Below are positions 39,413 to 53,888 of a stretch of 64,000 bases of DNA, piece after piece. Position numbers and translations under genes: made by a program. The stretch lies in NCBI GenBank assembly GCA_050273025.1, contig CP158636.1:186001-250000 (forward strand), read 5' to 3'. Source of the DNA: Cenococcum geophilum (Eukaryota). The notes beneath the pieces are model-generated. The model was given only the letters and a program-made list of their open reading frames with translations. It was not told the DNA's origin and did not search any database. The first letter of the stretch is position 1, and the number at the start of each line of letters is the position of its first letter.

Positions 39413-41885
39413 GTTTGCTTATAACGACTTAATCTATACCTCTATAGGAATAACCCTATTTTAGGCTAATAAGGCTAAAACGCTATTTAGAGGTAAGGGT
39501 CTAAAAGAAGCCTATAAAGGTAGTATATTAAAATATACCGAAGAATTAGCTAATAAATTAAAGACAATTTACGATAATTTAAGGCAATCTTTAGTTAAGG
39601 CTTAAGAATTTTAAGTAAAATACTATAATATAGATTATAAACCTATAGAATTTAAGGAAGGAGACTATATATAGCTAGTAGGCAAGTATATACGGATAAA
39701 TAGACCTAAGAAAAAGCTAAATTATAAGAACTTTGGACGCTTTAAGGTTATAAAGGTAATTAATACGCAGGTATATTAGCTTAAATTACTAGAAAATTAA
39801 AATATCTATAATATATTCTATATGTCCCTTTTAGAAAAATATATACTAAATATAGTTAATAGGAGATAATAGCTTATACCTTATTTTATGGATATACTTA
39901 AATTAGAATAATAGTATATTAAGGCTATTCTAGGCTAAATAGAAGATAAAAATGGAATTATAAAGGACTAAATATATTAGAAAGAATATAGTCTAAAAGA
40001 TAATATATAGGAACTAGCTAAAAACCTATTAGAAACTATAATAAGAGTTTATAAATATACTTTAGGATAAAATAAGCTATAGGCTATCTATAACTTAGAC
40101 CTTAAAAGTAAGAACTATAATAAACTAGGACGGCCTCTAAAAAAGAAAAAGGGTATTAAATAGTAACTCTTTTCTAATTTTCCCCTAAATAGGATTTTAT
40201 AGGTTTTAGTAAGACTATAAAAGGACTTAATTAATCTAACTAGGATAATAATATAATTAGGAATAAATTAGAACTAATATAGTAGAATTTAGTCTAAGGA
40301 GTACTAATAGTAATCTATAGCTAAAAGAGCTAGTTTATACCTACCTAGGTAAGAAATATAAAAGAAAAGGGCTAACCTATTACTATTTTTCGCTAACCGA
40401 CTTAAATATAATAAAAGAAACTAAACTAAAGAAGGCTGCTACCTAAAGGGATCTATAAGATATTAACCTAGCTAAAAAGGGTTAAGAAAGGACTACTTAT
40501 TAAGCGCTAGTACTAAATCCCGCTAAACTAAAGCTATTAGCTAAATCGTCCCTAACTAAAGAATAATAAGCTATATTAGTACTAGAATTACACTTTAGAT
40601 TCCCTAAAGTATTAGAAGAAGTTATATTGCTATTAACTAGCTTAAAATGGCTAAGGGGATTAGCTTAAGGTATAGGAGGGGCTATAGGGGTTAGAGTACT
40701 GCTAATAAGCTCTATATTATTAAAACGGTTAGCAATATAGTATAAAGTAGTGTTAATACTAGTTATACTCCCTTTAAGAAAATTAAGCTAGGCCCCTAGG
40801 TCCTTAATATTATAAGAAAGGCGCTAAAGGAGGTTAGTGTAACTATTAAGCTCTATAATAACCTTAGTAGGAGTAGCTAGAGTATATTATACCTAAAATG
40901 GACTAATTAGTATTAAAAATAACTAAAGGATATTAATAAGACCTATAGTGGTAAGAGCTTTTTAGAGACGTTTTAAGTTCTATTTTAGTAAATTAAATAC
41001 ACCGTTTAACCAGATAGATAGGACCCTATTAAAAGAAGTTAGGGCTAATTCTTATAAAAAGGATAGAATAAGAGCTAAAATATCCCTTTATAAAGTAGAG
41101 GTTAACTTACTAGGCTTAGTGGGAGTAATAGGGTTAAAAGATATAGTATAAAACTTCCTAGTAGTAGTAGAGCTAAATCTAGCTAAAGGGCTAAAATAGA
41201 TCTTTATAGTGCTAAAATAGGGCACCTTAGTTATAATTACCTTATTAACTCTAAAAAGGTCCTCTTTAAAAAAAAAAAGGTTAATTTTAACCTGCTTACG
41301 TTTAGGTATAGCCTTATAGCGCTGTTTACTACTAAATAAGGATAAATAGGGCGTAGGAGCAGTAGATAAGGCACTAAAGGTAACAGAGCTAGAAGATACC
41401 TTAGTAACGCTATATTTAGCTAAAGCGGCCCTAATAAAGCAATTATAATATAAAAGTTTTTTACTAGACCTATTAAAGTAATAAGTGCCTATATAGGCCG
41501 TAAGATTATTATTTTTAAAAATATAGTAGCTATTAGGGTTAATAGGAAACTAAAAGGGCTAGAAGAAATCACTTATATATAAAGCACCTTTATTAAAACT
41601 ATATAAGCACCATCCACATTACCTTAAAGAGCCTTAATTTAGTCTATATCTCCTTAGTTAATAGCTAAGATTAGGTTCTAAGCGGGCTTCTAAAATTTAA
41701 TAAATTAGTTAAATAAGCGTAATACTTAACTAAAAAGGTATAATTTAAAGTTAACAGGAACCGACCTAGCCGTAATAAAGCGAACTATTCTTAAAGTATT
41801 TGTGATAGCGAAAATCGGAAATAAACTGGGCCGTATTAAGACTAGCTGTAGTAAAGATAGAATAGACTATATTAGACCGTTAGAC

Positions 41886-42797
41886 CAGTGCTCTTATTAG
41901 TATAGAATATTGATTGTTAATATTGAATATTAAATATTAAACGTTCAATATCAATATCAATACGCTATATTCAATATTAAAAGATATTAAATATTGAAGA
42001 TTTTTAGAGTTAAGGTGGTAAAAATAAGGTAAATGTATCGGTAAGTAACTCTCGGGCCTTCCTACAATACATACGCATTTTATATTTAGTAGGTAAACCC
42101 ATAGAAAATAAAAATTACTAAGTATTAAATCAGACTTTGCATGCCATCGCGCACAATATTATCAAATTTTAACGATTTTTACCGCCCCCCCTATACCCTG
42201 CCCTTGATCAACGCCATACCTCCCTTATCTACTAACGTAATTAACGATGATAATATATCCTCCTCTACTACTTCAAAGCTTAATTCTGATTGATTTACCT
42301 ACTCTGGTGGTGACGACGCGTTAGACGACGCGTTAAGCGACACTATACCAAATATAACCACCCTAAAGTCGCCCCATAAAAGGCGCCGGTTAGTTACTTT
42401 TACATAGCAGCTTACCCGCGATCCTCTCCCTTATAAAACTATTTACGACGGCAAGAATCTAATATGGTACTGTTTAATGTAGGCTTATAGGACAAATGTA
42501 GTATAATAGGCTTCGGAGGCCTTGGCAGAATCTAGAGAGCAGCTAATACCTACTACACCACACTAAGGATCACGAAGGTAATAATAGTGGTAAGAGAGCA
42601 GTCGTGAGAGAGTAGCTATTTTAAAGCTCTATTAGAGCCTATGGGCGTACAGAGCTTACTTTTAAATAAAACACCATACCAAGACTATACTATATTCAAT
42701 ATTCAATATCTTTTCAATATTTTTCAATATTGAATTAATTTTTAATATTAATATTAATACGGCCTTTTACGAATATTGAATATTGATAAGAGCACTG
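41886..42797 (+). mobile_element. Non-autonomous, internally deleted hAT DNA transposon (912 bp)
   Basis: TIRs CAGTGCTCTTAT...ATAAGAGCACTG. 8-bp TSD cgttagac/ctttagac (7/8 match). Many subterminal AATATTGA/TCAATATT repeats. ORF remnant from ATG ~42141 with FTWQLxRDPLP...IWYC, which resembles the start of a BED finger. Confidence 0.9.
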
Positions 42798-44556
42798 CTT
42801 TAGACCTCCTTATTCTAGAACCGTTTAAGCTACTTTAGGAACTTAGAGAAATAATTATAGCAACTATTAGTTGTTGGGGTCTATTTTAATTTATTATTAT
42901 AAATTCGGGTATAACTCTCTCCTATTACTACTATATTAGGCTAAAGGATAATAGACTTAGGTAAGTAGGTCCTAGATAAAAAAGAAGAAAAAACTAAAAA
43001 AGGAGCAGACTATCGCTAATTAAAGTTAGTTAAAATATTTGGGACTATAAGGGTTAGAAGTATTAGTAGAATTATTAATAAGGGCTAAAAAAGCTTATAA
43101 AGAGCTAAAGAGGAGCAAATTAAACTAAAAGTAGGATGAAATCTAAGAGTAAGTTACTAAGATTAATAAAAAAATAACTAAAGAACTTAAAGATTTAAAT
43201 TCTAGAACTATCTTATAAGATAGTGCTAAGCCATTAGTCCCTAGTCTCTTAACTAAGAAAGCTTTAATTTTTAAAGAACTATAGTAAGGATTTTGGGGTT
43301 AAAATCTATAAGAAGAAGGGCTTTATTATAAATAGTAACAATCTAGTAATAATTAGAGTAGAAAAGAGCTTACCGCCTTATATAGAGCCCAGGTGGACCT
43401 AAATTAGGAAGATAAGGTATATCTAGTCTAAGCTATAAATAGAATTAGACTAATTAGAGGCTTTACCCTAATCTAGTAAAGTCCTAACTAGACGGCGCTA
43501 GATAAAACTATAAACAGCTACTCTAGTAGGGGGATAGCTGTTTGTAATGTATTAAATATAGATAGTATCTTCTATTAACTAATTATACTAAGTTAAGCCT
43601 TTTTCTACTATATTAACCTTAGGAACCCCTAGTTCCTCACAATTATAAACTATATTTTAGTAGTTAAAGATAATAGTAAGCTAAGGCTCTATATATTAAA
43701 TTTAAAAGAGCTAAGATTACTATTTTTTTTAATAAGAGTGCCTAGGAGCTCTTGCTATACCCGGCCTAAAAAGACCAAAACCAACTAAAAGAACCCTAAA
43801 AAAACACCTAGAGAATCCCCCTAAGATATACGCATCGTAGGGGAGGTATACGTCAAACGATAGTAGTTTATACTTGCGCGCGTCCACTAGAACCACGCCT
43901 AGTAATAGCCCTCTATAATAAGAACGGGTGAATACTATACTATAAAGCGGAAAGACCTCTATTAAGAAGGCATCTAATAAAATATAAAGCCTATTAGACG
44001 CGTCTAGTATCCGTAGTTATAGGGGAGTAACTATTAGCTATAACGAACTAATATAGCTAGTAGAATGGCTTCGCTAGTCTAGTAAACCTTAGGCGCCCCT
44101 CTAGTAAACCCTTAATTAAATCCTTTAATAGCTAAGCAAAATTAAAAATAAATAAAACCCTTCCTTACCGGTAAACCGTACCTAGGCCGCTATAGCTATA
44201 CTTCTATAATATAGGGAACCCACCCCCCTAAAGATAATATCTGGGTATATAATTATAATATAACTAAATATAGAAAAAGTAGAGGGGCTTAGGGGATAAT
44301 TAGAAACAAAAGTCCTTATAAAAATTCGTAAAGAGGTTTATAACGCTGTTATAGTCTAATACCTTAGAAGCGGAGATATTAAAGTTACCTTAAGGGACTA
44401 ATAGGTAAAGGAACGAGCCGTAAGGGTAGGGGATAGGCTAGGAGAATATATTGGTATAAAAGTGCTCCGCGAAAATTACCTAGTTAAAGTCTTAGCGGTT
44501 CCCCTAAGCCTTAGGGTAGAAAAAGGATGCTAGGCGGATAATATAGCAACTATATA

Positions 44557-47500
44557 TATTGGGAATAAAGGCAAGTGGTCACTATATAAGGCATATTGCC
44601 ACTATATATAGTAAGTTACCGTTACGTACGGCAAGTTGCCGTTATGTACTGCCGCGGCACTAGCGTGGTAAGGAACCTTAAGTTCCTTACCCCTTTCTTT
44701 AAAAATTAATTAATAAGAATAATAATTATTATACTATCTATAAACCGTAGCTACGTGATATCCCCTTATAAGTCTAATACTAATTAGTAGTTAACTTTAC
44801 TATTATACTATAGAACAGCAAGGTTTTTACTAAGAAGAGACGAGCCACTATACCAGTACTACTCGTGCTAGAGGAAGCTGTCTTTTTAAGGTTAGAACTG
44901 GTCCTAAACCTTAAATAGAATTTTTCTATAAATCTAAGGATTTAAAAGGCTAGAACTGGTCCTAAGCCTTTCTAAGATTACGGATTCTTGCGTCTATTAC
45001 GTAGAATAATACGCTTTATAAGTCTTTGCGATTTAAGGCTAGAACTAGTCCTAAGCCCTATAATTATAAATACACGACTAAACGCGTACTAAATAACAAA
45101 CGCGTACTAAACGATAAATATATATTACGAACGCGTACTAAACAACAACCCCTATACTAAACAATAATCCCTATACTAATAACACTTCCCTTCCTCCAAA
45201 AATATGGCTATTCTAGACGACTAGAGAGACTCCCTATTACTAGGGGTAGCTACGTACGCGAAACTTATTAATAAAGATTGGGACGAATTTACTATTAATA
45301 TAACAACTTATACCGCAAAATAAGTCAATAGCTTTTTCCTATATTATATTATATTCTACCAAAATAGATACTAGGCCGATTTATAGCTATAGGAGTATTT
45401 TAGGGAAGATTTCGTAGGATAGACCGCCGACACCTAGACACTCGGTAACGCTAGTATTATTTAGGATTTTTAAGACTTCCTCCGTAGGAATAGGGTATAC
45501 ATTGCTAAGAACGGTAACTTAATTGCTAGTAATATTTAGGCTGTTATTATTACTAGTATAGACGGAAGCTAAGATTATACGTTAACTACGGAAACTAAGA
45601 ACTAACTAATATTCTTTAGAAGGTAACTTTAATTTATATTAAAACCCCTAAAACGCTAATCTCCCACTTAGTCCTCCTCCTGCCTAATAACGTCCGTAGT
45701 AATATCCGTAGCAGCCTCTACAGCAACTATAACCTCCATAGTAACTTCCGTAAGAATCTCCGCAAGGACCTCCGCAAGAATCTCCGTATTAATCTCTATA
45801 AGAAACTCTACAAAAACCTCTATAAGAACCTCTATAAGAACCTCCGCAGTAACTATAGCAGCCGTAATAATCTCCGTAAAAACCTTTGTAGTAACCTCCG
45901 TAAGAACCTCCGTAGTAACTACTATAGATAACCTTAGGCTATTAAACACCTTAAGTGCCTTAAGCTGCCGTATCTTAACCCGTGCCTTAAGCTCCGTCCT
46001 ACTAGTAATTTCCATAGTAATTTCCGTAGTAATCTCCGCAATAAGCCTCTACTTCTCTATAAACATTTAATAAGCTTTAGAAGATTTAGCGTAGAGGGGA
46101 ATTTTAAGACTCCTATAGTTCCTAAGGTAGCTATAAAGGTGGCTACCAGCGTAATCTAGATAGGAAGTTCTTATGGAGGGTATTATAAAGAGAGAGTAAT
46201 ATAGGGGGGGGAGCAGTTAGAATGGTATAGTTATGTAGGCAATTTATAAAAGAAAGAACTGCTAGTATTTACGACAGCTACGAACCTAATAACTATTATA
46301 ACTAATATACCCTGTAACCCGAATAGATAAGACACTGTATTAATACGCCTGCGGAATAAACCTAATAATGACTATACTATTACGCCTATAGCCTAAGTAA
46401 CCGATCGTGCCTATATACCTACGATCTACCAACTAAATAATTATGCCGATATACCTGCGATCCTAATTACCGTTATGCTAATAAGAACGGCCTAAATAGG
46501 ACTAGGTAGAGCTCTGCTCCCTAGAACACAACCTTATTACTAGCATTATACTACCGCCTAAATAACCCGTCGCTGGCACTATACTATTACCCAAATTAAT
46601 AAGCTCCGCACTAATATGCCTATAGAACTACGACCTGTTAATAAGACCTCGCGCTAATATGCCTGCGAGCCTAAACCTATTACTAGCACTATACTGCTAT
46701 TATAATAGACCCTTACTGCCCTGCCTATAGTTAACTAACCCTTACTGCTTTATTAGCAGCTAACTAACCCTTACTACTTTACCTACAGCTAACCGACTTC
46801 TACTACTTCCACCTACAGCTAAACTAATACCTTACTACCTTTCTATAGCGCTATAAGCACAAAAAAAGAACTGCTAAAAGATGGCTGTTAAGGCTGTTAA
46901 TAATTCCGCTAGCCTAGATAGGCTTGCACTTATATTACTTTTTTTTTATTTAAAATTTACTACTTAGTTAACTACTATTTCTTTAGCAAATTCGCCACCA
47001 ATATCCCGAGGATATAATTATAGTTATATTTAAGCTATTATATAGAATCGCAGAGGCAGGAACCTATTAGTGGGCTACCTATAGTAAACACCATAAAGAG
47101 AAGCTTTTAATAACTACCTTTATATTTAATCCCTACTTTCTTATTATAACTACAGGAACTCTATTTGGAATTATTGGCATATAAACTAACGATATAATTA
47201 TCTTGGGAGACGACCAATTCTTAGCTCTTAAAGAAGACGAGCTAGTAAAGGTAAATCTTATAGTAAAGCTAAAGGAAAAGCTTAGTTTAATAATACTATT
47301 ACTCTTTAGTAGATGTATCCTCTTCCTAAACGAGGATTCTATTACTCTACGCCAGAAGGGTTAAAGTAAGAAGATTAACGTTATTAATGCTAATTCTCTA
47401 AAGTAAGGATATATGGAGCAACGCGCTTGCGGAGCTTATATTGCTTCTATCTATTAACCTAAGACTTTATTTAATCTCTCTATTACCGCCTAATACTAGG

Positions 47501-48750
47501 AACTAACTAAGGACGATATCCTTGCCCTAAATAAGCGTCTTTTCTAGTAAATAAACTATTTTAATTTGGGACTACTTTACATGCCTATTAATCTTCCTAC
47601 CGCTAAGCTCTTTATATTTGTTAATAGATTGTTCGTAAATAATAAAGATTTTAGCTCCTAGTTGGGATATAAGATTATTATCGCGAACGAATTTACTAGA
47701 GAGAATAACTTTATAATCTATAGCAATCTTATCTATTAGAGCTTAACTAAGAGCAAGCGCATTACCCGAAGTGTTTTAGCGTTAGAGATATATAGAATAG
47801 CTAGTAGAGTCGATATAGTAATTGCAATTAAAACTACCCTAAAGATGATTATAGATTAACTTAAACTTCCTGTTATCCCTACAATTATATATACCGACTT
47901 ATATTCCCTTTATAAGTGTTTAGTTAAGCTCGGTACTATAAAAGAGAAGCGCCTTATAATTAATATTATAGCACTTTAGTAATCCTATAAGCGTTAAGAA
48001 CTCTTTAAGATTTAATAAATTAATAGCTAAGATAACCCGGCAGATATAATAACGAAGGCGAACCTAAATAAGGCACTAGAGACGTTTGTTAATATAAATA
48101 CTCTATATATACGAGTTAAAGGTTAGGTTAAAAGGGAGTCCCTAGAAATTTCTTAGTTATATAAGGTTTTAAGATATTTAGGAACTTTAACTAGCGGTTA
48201 AAGTTATCTAATTGGTTAGATTCTCTTACCAAGACTTTTTAGAGTATAATATTCTATAGACCCTAACTTAACCTAGTTAATTAGGATTTTTTATCCCCGG
48301 GATGGAAAATCGCTATTAGCTCGCTTACTACTAGCGCCTTAGCGGCCCTCTAAATATAATATCTACCTATAACTCCTAAGTAAGAAAGCACTACGTGCTA
48401 AGAGGCAAATTTTGGGATAGCGAGACTTATATTATAATGGCAATAGTAAGTAAGAAGGATTAATATTTACTACGCTAGTTAAGCGGTATATATATATAGA
48501 TAGCAACTATAAAAGAAGAGTTGCTAATATTGGGAATAAAGGCAAGTAGTTACTATATAAGGCATATTGCCACTATGTGTAGCAAGTTGCTGTTACGTGC
48601 GGCAAGTTGCCATTACGTACCGCCGCAGTACTAGTGTGGTGAGGAACCTTAAGTTCCTTACCCCTTTCTTTAAGAATTAATTAATAAGAATAATAATTAT
48701 TATACTATCTACGAACCGTAGCTACGTGATATCCCCTTATAAGTCTAATA
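44557..48750 (+). mobile_element. Ty1/Copia element 2, internally deleted (4.2 kb)
   Basis: 223-bp LTRs at 44557-44779 and 48528-48750. TSD ATATA at 44552-44556 and 48751-48755. gag from ~45203. Integrase remnant KMAVKAVNNSAGPDGL (~46878). RT KPLYGIAEAGTHWW (~47032) and RNase H FVDGSFANN (~47616) to GWVKR (~48121). Confidence 0.95.
45690..46040 (+). repeat. 12-bp tandem repeats (gaacctccgtaa-like) in Copia 2 gag, Pro/Gln-rich in the sense frame
   Basis: Repeated (g/t)aa(c/t)ctc(cg/ta)(c/t)a(a/g) units, visible directly. Confidence 0.8.
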
Positions 48751-51700
48751 ATATATAAGATAGTAAAATAAACGGAACGCTTTATACTAGGACTTAAGAT
48801 TACCTAAATCTAATAGCTATAATAGGAAAATATAAACTAAGTATATAATAAGAATAATAAAAGAATATAAGGGTCGCTAAAGACTTACTAGGGAGGCGCT
48901 GGTTAAATATATAGCTCCCTTATCGTTAGCATATATATACTAGAAATGCAAAAACTCCTTATCTAAAAAGGTATTATTATAAATAGCCTTATATACAATA
49001 TAAGACTCTATAATTATAGACTCCGCCTAAAATAATACTATTGCTATATATAATAGGGATATACCTAATCTATATACGCAGTATAGGTATGCTACGGCCA
49101 CTATATAGGCCCCTATAATATAAAATATTGCTTAAATTAAAACTAAATAAAATACGTAAACTGCTACTAAAGCATATATAAGGCGTAGGAGAGAGAAGAC
49201 TATATTAAATATAGGAGATAGAAGGTAAGGGCTTAACAGCTGCGGGAATAACTACACGCTAGGTTATATAAATAGAAATAACAGGTAATAAGCTAGGGGG
49301 GCGTAGGTGCCTTTTTAGCGTTTCCTACCTTTAATACTAGGGGGCTAGGCTAGCTATCCTAAGCCTTAACGGGCTAGAAGCGACGCTGTATAATATTACT
49401 AGACTATATAAGGACATAAGGGTTATAGGGAATATAAGGGAGAGGACGCCCTATAAGAAGACCCTTATAGACAGCTATAGTAAGCTTAAGACCAGGACAA
49501 TTAAGAATTAGACTTAACGCGGCAAATATAACATTTATAGCCAACTCTTAAAGGGCATATAGCCAACTAGTAAGAATAGGGGAAGAACTAGAGATAATAA
49601 TAGATTTAGATATAGAAGCGCTAGTAGGAATATAAAATACGGGAATAGAAAGCTCTATATAAAATAAGTAGTAACTAGGGTATAGACACAAGAGATAAAA
49701 GTTCTAAATATCCTAGAAAAAGTGGAAATAGAAGAAGTAAGGAATAAAGAAGAGGCGAAGGACCCTCGCTAGGGGTCCGCTATCTATCTATTATATAGTA
49801 TAACTGCGGCAATACAAACTACCGTCTTATAAGGCCCTTACTAGACAGCCTAGACCTAGAGAAATACTATATCCTTGCTATATAAGAGCCGTATTATAAT
49901 GCCTACATATAATTAATATACTGCCCCTAAGAATTTTAGCTCCTATATAAACCAAAAGCAGCTATACGCGTATACTTTATAATTAGTAAGGCTATTAGCC
50001 TATCCTTATAGTTATAGCAGGTAGTTAACCTAGATATTATAGTAATAATAATCTAGACATATAGGGGACTAGTATAGATTATTAATATATATAACCTTAG
50101 GGTTAAAGGGGTCCCATAAACAGAGAATATTATATTAGTAATAAGCTTACTAAAAACTAAAGGTATAGAGTCTATCCTATTAGAAGATATAAACCTCTAC
50201 TACCTGCGGTAAGGGGGTATCTATATTACTACTAAATAATAGATAGAGTGCCTACTAAGAGCTATAGATACTAAGGGCCTTAAGCTAGCTACCCCCCTAG
50301 GAGTAATTATATAGCAATAAGGCACCGCTAAAAGTATAATTAACCTTATATTTATAGACGAAGGCCTATACTAGAGACTTAAAAGGTGTAAACCTAAAGA
50401 TGAATAGGCACTTGCCTTAGACTATATCCCTATCTAGATATAGCTAGATCTAGATATTAAGGCGTAACTAAATAGCAAAAGATACGCAATAAGAAAGTTT
50501 AAGATAAATAGCTTCCTTAATATAGTTAAATAATAACTTTAAGACCTAGAAAAAATCCACCCGATACTAAATAAGCGAGGCTTATTAGCTACCCCTAAGG
50601 AAATTAACTAAAGACTAGAAAGGATTTAGGCAGCAATTAAAAATGGGCTAGAAGAGCACTACCCGGTCTTAAAACTGGGCCCCTATACGCGACACGTATA
50701 GTCCGCATAATGCGCAATTCTTATCGCCAGCTAATAACGAGTAAGAAGAAAATATATAAGTAGCTATAATTCTAAAGACGAGAGATAATATAAAGATATA
50801 AGAAACCAGCTAAAGAATACCCTAAAAAAAAAAGTAAGGAATAGCTAGAGACGGTTTATAAATAAGTATACTATTAACCTAAGCCTCCCCTATAATAAAG
50901 GTCTTTAGAGGATAGCGAAATAAGTAAAGAAAAAGGTGGGATGTTTAGTAGAAGACCTATACCTTCCGCCCCTACGAAGACTAGGTGAATTACTGGCTAT
51001 AAGCGATAATAATAAGAAGGCAAAGATCCTTATAGAAAGATTTTTCCCTTAACTAGCTTTAGTAGACCTTAGTAATATTATAGGCGAAGCACCGGTACCT
51101 TACCTAAGGGTTAACAGTGATATAACAACTAAAGAAATGGCTAGAACTATTAGCCGCCTTTTAAATAATATAGCACTAGGACTAGATAGGATCCTAAATA
51201 AAGCCCTAAAGACCTACGGACTACTAATAGCACCTTAGCTTATGGATATAGCTAAAGTATACTTTATAATAGGCTACTACCTAAGACTTAGAAGAGCTAT
51301 AATAACGTTTATTTTATATAAAGAAGGTAAAGCAGACTACTTACTCCTAGAAAGCTACTGCCCTATTGCTTTAGAGAATACGCTTAGTAAGATCTTAGAA
51401 AGGGTAATAGCGGACCGCATAGTAAATATAGCTAAAGAATACGCCCTACTACTACAAAGCTAAATAGGGGCAAGAAAGAACCGCTTAACACTATTAGTAC
51501 TTACGCTATTTGCTACCACTATTAAATCTATATAGGCGATGCGAAGGGACTTTATAGTATTAATAATCAGCCTAGATATTAGTGGCGCCTATAACAATAT
51601 ACCCTATAAGCGTCTCCTATATATCCTTAGGGTAAAAGGCTTCCTAGAATAGATTATATAATTTATTTAAGGGTTTATAGGTTAAAAAGAAATATTGCTA

Positions 51701-53888
51701 GTCTTTAGCGGATACTAAAGCCCCCCTATTGTAGTTGCAACAGGAATATTATAAGGATTACCCCTCTTGCCTATACTCTTCCTTTTCTTTATAAATAACC
51801 TGCTTAACTCCTTTAAGAAAGGGGCGACCTAGGGAATAGGCTTTATTAATAATACAAACCTAATTATATACGGGCTAATAGCCGTAGAGAATTGTAGAAT
51901 ATTAGAGAAAGTATATAATACCTATATAGAATAGGTAAGATAATATAGAGTCTAATTCTTACCAGAGAAATACTAGCTAATCTATTTTATAAGAAAACGC
52001 AACTAATTTGCAGATCTCTAGTATATAATTTGTATTTAAGGCTTTAGGGGTTAACCAGTTTAGGGCCTAAGAGTATTAGGAGTATAGATAGATAGTAAGC
52101 TTTAGTAAAGCGCATATATAGCGCAAGCGGCCTATAAGGGCCAAGTATAGTATATTATATTATTTAGGATTATTAATTCTATATAGGGTCCATGCTTCTA
52201 AAGGTTACGCCTACTATATATAGCAGTTGTCCGGCTAACTATAACGTATAGGTCTAGTATCTAGGCTATTAGAGAATCTAAAAAAGGCCCCCCTAAATTA
52301 CTCCTTAAACCACTATAAAAGGTCTAAATAGCCTACCTTTAGAGTATAATAGGCGGATATAAGCAAACGGCTATAGCTCTGCTTAAGAAGGAAGCTAATA
52401 TTCCCCCCCTATAACTATATATTAAAGCCGCTGCAATATAAAGGGCGTAAAAGAAACGTAATTCTAATATTATAAAGTATATTAAGACACACCTAAATAA
52501 ACTATAGAGGGACCCTAAGGCGCCTTATAGGAGAATAAACTAATAACCCTAAAGTAGGGAAGATATATTGGAGAAATAGGTAAAGAAAGTAGAAGAAGAA
52601 TGGTGCTGCTTTAGGGCTTAGGCCTATATAAAGAAGGAAGGGAGACGCGTAAGAGGCTAGTAAGGATAATAGTAAGAGAGAGAAAGGAGCTAAAGTAGAG
52701 TATAAAAGAATGCTAGGAAACCATCTACCGTAATATAATACTAGCTGGACTAACGCTAAAGAGGTATATAGGAGTTAAAGGTATAAAGGCTAACTAAGAT
52801 AAGAGGAACCTAAGCCGTAGTATAGTTAATACTATAGGGGGTAGACACCCTAGGGCTCTAAAAAGGCCTAATAGAGGTAGAAAATATAATAGTAACGCTT
52901 TTAAGAATAGGAATAATAGGACTAAAAGACTAGCTCTACTAGGCAGGTATTCTAGTAGGTAGCCTAAGATATAAATATAGCTAGTTAAAACAGATACTAA
53001 AATATGTAATACTATTATACCCCTTATACACTAACTAAGAAGTAATACTCTTAGTAGCTAGTATAAAGAACTATAAAACACTGCTCTTAATATAAAAAGG
53101 CCTTAAGGCGGTTACCTAGTGGCTTATTAGCTAAAATATACTAAACCAGTTTTAGGTTATAAAGGAAATAATAATAGAAGGCGGGGGGGCGAGTAACGGG
53201 CGCCCCCTAATAACTCTATAGTAGTAGAGTAAAGTATATAATACTAGCGCGTCCGTAGGCTAGTTACGGCAGTAGTAGTTCCTAAGGAGGTTAAAAAGTA
53301 AGGTAGTAGGAGCACTATAGGTGACTTGTAGGCGCCTTGTAGGCGCCTTATAGGCGAGTCCTAAGAGGTAGGGAGATGGATTATAGGGTTTTCTTAAGTT
53401 AAGTCTTTCTTAAGTTGAGTTTTCTCCCTATATATAAATAAGGAGTAGTCTGCGTGGGCCTAATAGGGATCTAAATTAGACGTTAAGTAATGAATTATTA
53501 TTATATATTAAATTCTATACTAAAAGGTTTTATAAAACTATACTAAAACACTAAATTACTTATAATACTTGTAATTAATTATAGACTAGTATAAAGGTTT
53601 AGAAGTAGAGTTATATAAAAATCCTTATATTAGCCTAGGTAGTTACTAGTATACTTTTAATAGGCCTCTAATAGGTTTCCTAGTAATCCTTATATCTTTT
53701 CTCTAGTTATATTTTTTCCTTATTAAGGTTTTTTAGGAGTTTAAAGTAGGGGTTAGATAGATAGATAATATATAGTAGTATACTAATATCTCTAATATCT
53801 CTAAACCCCTTCCGGGATAAGCCCTTATAATCTCCCTACCGCAAGGTAATGGCGATTGGGGGCCGACCGTAAGAAGGGGGGGGGGTAA

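Larger units (their letters stand above)
43704..53501 (+). mobile_element. Near full-length Tad1-like LINE (ORF1; ORF2 APE-RT-CCHC, no RNase H seen), interrupted by Copia 2
   Basis: APE motifs IQYNC (~49795), LAVQEP, INIYNP, GDINLHH and DH. RT motifs APGPDGIPN (~51173), YRPIALENTLSKILE, LDISGAYD, GIPQGSPLSPILF and FVDD (~51842). (TTA)n tail. TSD TATATATTAAATT at 43690-43702 and 53502-53514. Confidence 0.93.

Noticed and set aside
43524..43700. Purine tract followed by TGT as a possible LTR start
   Set aside because: There is no matching terminus or partner. The PPT and inverted termini at 53871-54380 fit much better.
45668..46015. 115-aa minus-strand ORF
   Set aside because: It is the antisense of 12-bp repeats in Copia gag and is open only because of the repeat periodicity.
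51242..51463. 73-aa ORF as an intact CDS
   Set aside because: It is a stop-free fragment of the RIP-mutated LINE reverse transcriptase.
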